Positions 19,713-21,478 of a stretch of 21,478 nt of DNA are shown here, piece by piece. This stretch comes from Selaginella moellendorffii. Its lineage: Eukaryota > Plantae > Lycopodiophyta. Positions within the stretch are counted from its first letter, which is position 1. Each line of letters begins with the position of its first letter. The notes under the pieces are model-generated. The model was given only the letters and a program-made list of their open reading frames with translations. It had not been told where the DNA came from and made no database searches. The position numbers and the translations under genes are program-made. The DNA is taken from the NCBI RefSeq assembly GCF_000143415.4, contig NW_003314480.1, positions 27,949 through 49,426 of the forward strand, given 5' to 3'.

Positions 19713-20739
19713 CTAATACCAAATTGTAAGCCTCAAATTTTTCCTTTCCAATTTGCCAGCTTACCTTGTCTATCCGACCAACACGGCCTTCGCTTTTGCT
19801 AAGTTCCCTCACCACGGTTGCCGTCTATTGTACAAGCTCTTACTTGGTCCTACTTGGTTTCAGCTACTCACGTCACGAGCAATAGAGCGTTAGCCATCTA
19901 TCCACAGATTCCCAAATCCCTCCCAATCCCCCTCCCCGGGTTAAATTGGACTTAAGGTTCGGCTACACTCCCTGCAGGCACAAGCAGCCAAGCACACCAA
20001 GCCTCCAGGTTCCTAACATCCCTTGGTACAACAAGACTTGATTATGGGACCCTCTAAATCCCAAGCCTTAGGTGCTACACTTGCTTCAGGACATTGGGGG
20101 GAAACACCATAGCCTAACCCCCTAGGAAGGGCGAGGACCAATGAGCCACAAGGTACTCAACTTGGGCACCACTCCACATGAGTTGGGAGCACTACAGTCA
20201 GTTTCCCTTTCAGGAGTGGGAGTTGCTCTTGAGCACTTCCTTGGGTGGCCCCTCTAGCACCACCCAAGTCCATGCTCACTCCCACTCAAGGCCCCTCGAC
20301 CCCAGTCTCAACCTCAAGTCAGTTTGGAAGCACCACTGGAGAGTTCCTTCAAGACTGGTTCCTGGACCTCACTATCCCTACTATACTTTTGGAACCCCCT
20401 ACAGCCCCCCCCCTCTGGGAGACGCATGTTTTGGGCTTTCACCCTTGACCCGTATTAGTACTCGGACTCGGTCTCGGACTCGATCTCGGACTCGATCTCG
20501 GACTTGATCTCGGACTCGATCTCGAACCCAACTTTGGACTCAGTCTCTGACTCGATCTCGGACTTGATCTCAGACCCGATCTCAGACTCGACTTTGGACT
20601 TGGTCTCGGACCTGATCTCAAATCTCAGACTCGGTCTCGAACTCGGTCTCGAATTCAGTCTCGAATTCGACCTCGAACTCGGCCTCCGAGTCGGCCTCGG
20701 ACTCGATCCCAGACTTTATCTCGAACTCGGTCTCAGAGT
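19710..20739 (-). mobile_element. Inverted LTR-B (missing ~110 bp of its 5' end) followed by a PBS at 19721-19710
   Basis: Reverse complement of ~6795-7830 with a ~55-bp internal deletion. On the minus strand: CTTACA-ATT-TGGTATTAGAGC. Confidence 0.88.
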
Positions 20740-21478
20740 AGGACCAAGTAAGAGCTGGTACAATGGATGGGAACCTTGTGAGGGAACTTAGCAAAAGCCA
20801 AGGTGGTGTTGGTCAAATAGAAGAGGTAAGCTAGCAAATTGGAAAGGAAAAATTTGAGCCTTACATTTGGTATCAGAGGGGTCTCGGGTCCGACTCTGTT
20901 GGTTGGCTAGGGGAATCACACCATATGTTGATTGACATCTGGCTGGTCCAGTTTGCTTTCGCTGGGCTCGACCCGAGGGGTAGGGTGTCAGGAGAGCGGG
21001 GCTCTCAGGAGAGCTGCGGCTCTCAGCTTTTGTTCATGAGGGCGTGAACTTCCAGGGAAGCGTGGTGGATTATAAGGAACCAAAGAGAATGACTTGAGAG
21101 ATGTTCCATGGAGTTCAAATATAAAGGGAAAGGACCCATGAACAAGAGTGCACCCCCTTTTCCAATCGGTTAAGGGTCTTGGGATACTTAGAGTTAAGTG
21201 TCCTTGGGTTTAAATAGTACTGGGTGACCTCAAGAGTTTACATTTGGTATCAAAGAGGTTTCGGGTTCGACTCTATTGGTTGGCTAGGGGAATCACACCA
21301 CATGTTGATTGACATTTGGTTGGTCCAGTTTGCTCCCGCTGGGCTCGACCCGAGGGGTAAGGTGTCAAGAGAGTGGGGCTCTTGGGAGAGCTGCAGCTCT
21401 CAGCTTCCATTCACGAGGGCATGGATTTATAGGGAAGCATGGTGGATTGTAAATAACCAAAGGGAACAACTCAAGAGA
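20736..21478 (+). mobile_element. LTR-B 3' end (20736-20865), PBS, Cassandra-type internal domain, LTR-A (21071-21242, deletions in the 5S part), PBS, internal domain, LTR-A start (21448 to window end)
   Basis: Direct alignment to 4464-5263 and ~7705-7830. Confidence 0.88.

Overview
Plant (eukaryotic) subtelomere-like window. Arabidopsis-type (CCCTAAA)n tracts, 47-60 bp introns and a Crinkler-type gene suggest a compact lycophyte genome such as Selaginella (inference only). There are two N gaps (1477-1576, 3124-3616). The dominant repeat is a 5S-rRNA-carrying miniature LTR retrotransposon of the Cassandra/TRIM type (LTR-A ~194 bp, tRNA-iMet PBS, ~205 bp non-coding internal domain). It occurs as a TSD-flanked 3-LTR tandem element, a nested inverted copy and a rearranged cluster. 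A second ~1.15 kb LTR (LTR-B) shares terminal sequence with LTR-A and, at 20865, is joined through a PBS to the same internal domain. Genes: one apparently intact 4-exon Crinkler/RHS-type coiled-coil + P-loop NTPase + restriction-endonuclease-fold gene, a 5'-interrupted FCP1/NIF HAD-like gene, a CDKAL1/MtaB pseudogene starting at a short telomeric tract, an F-box pseudogene and a gag-like remnant. All alignments were done by eye; no database was searched.
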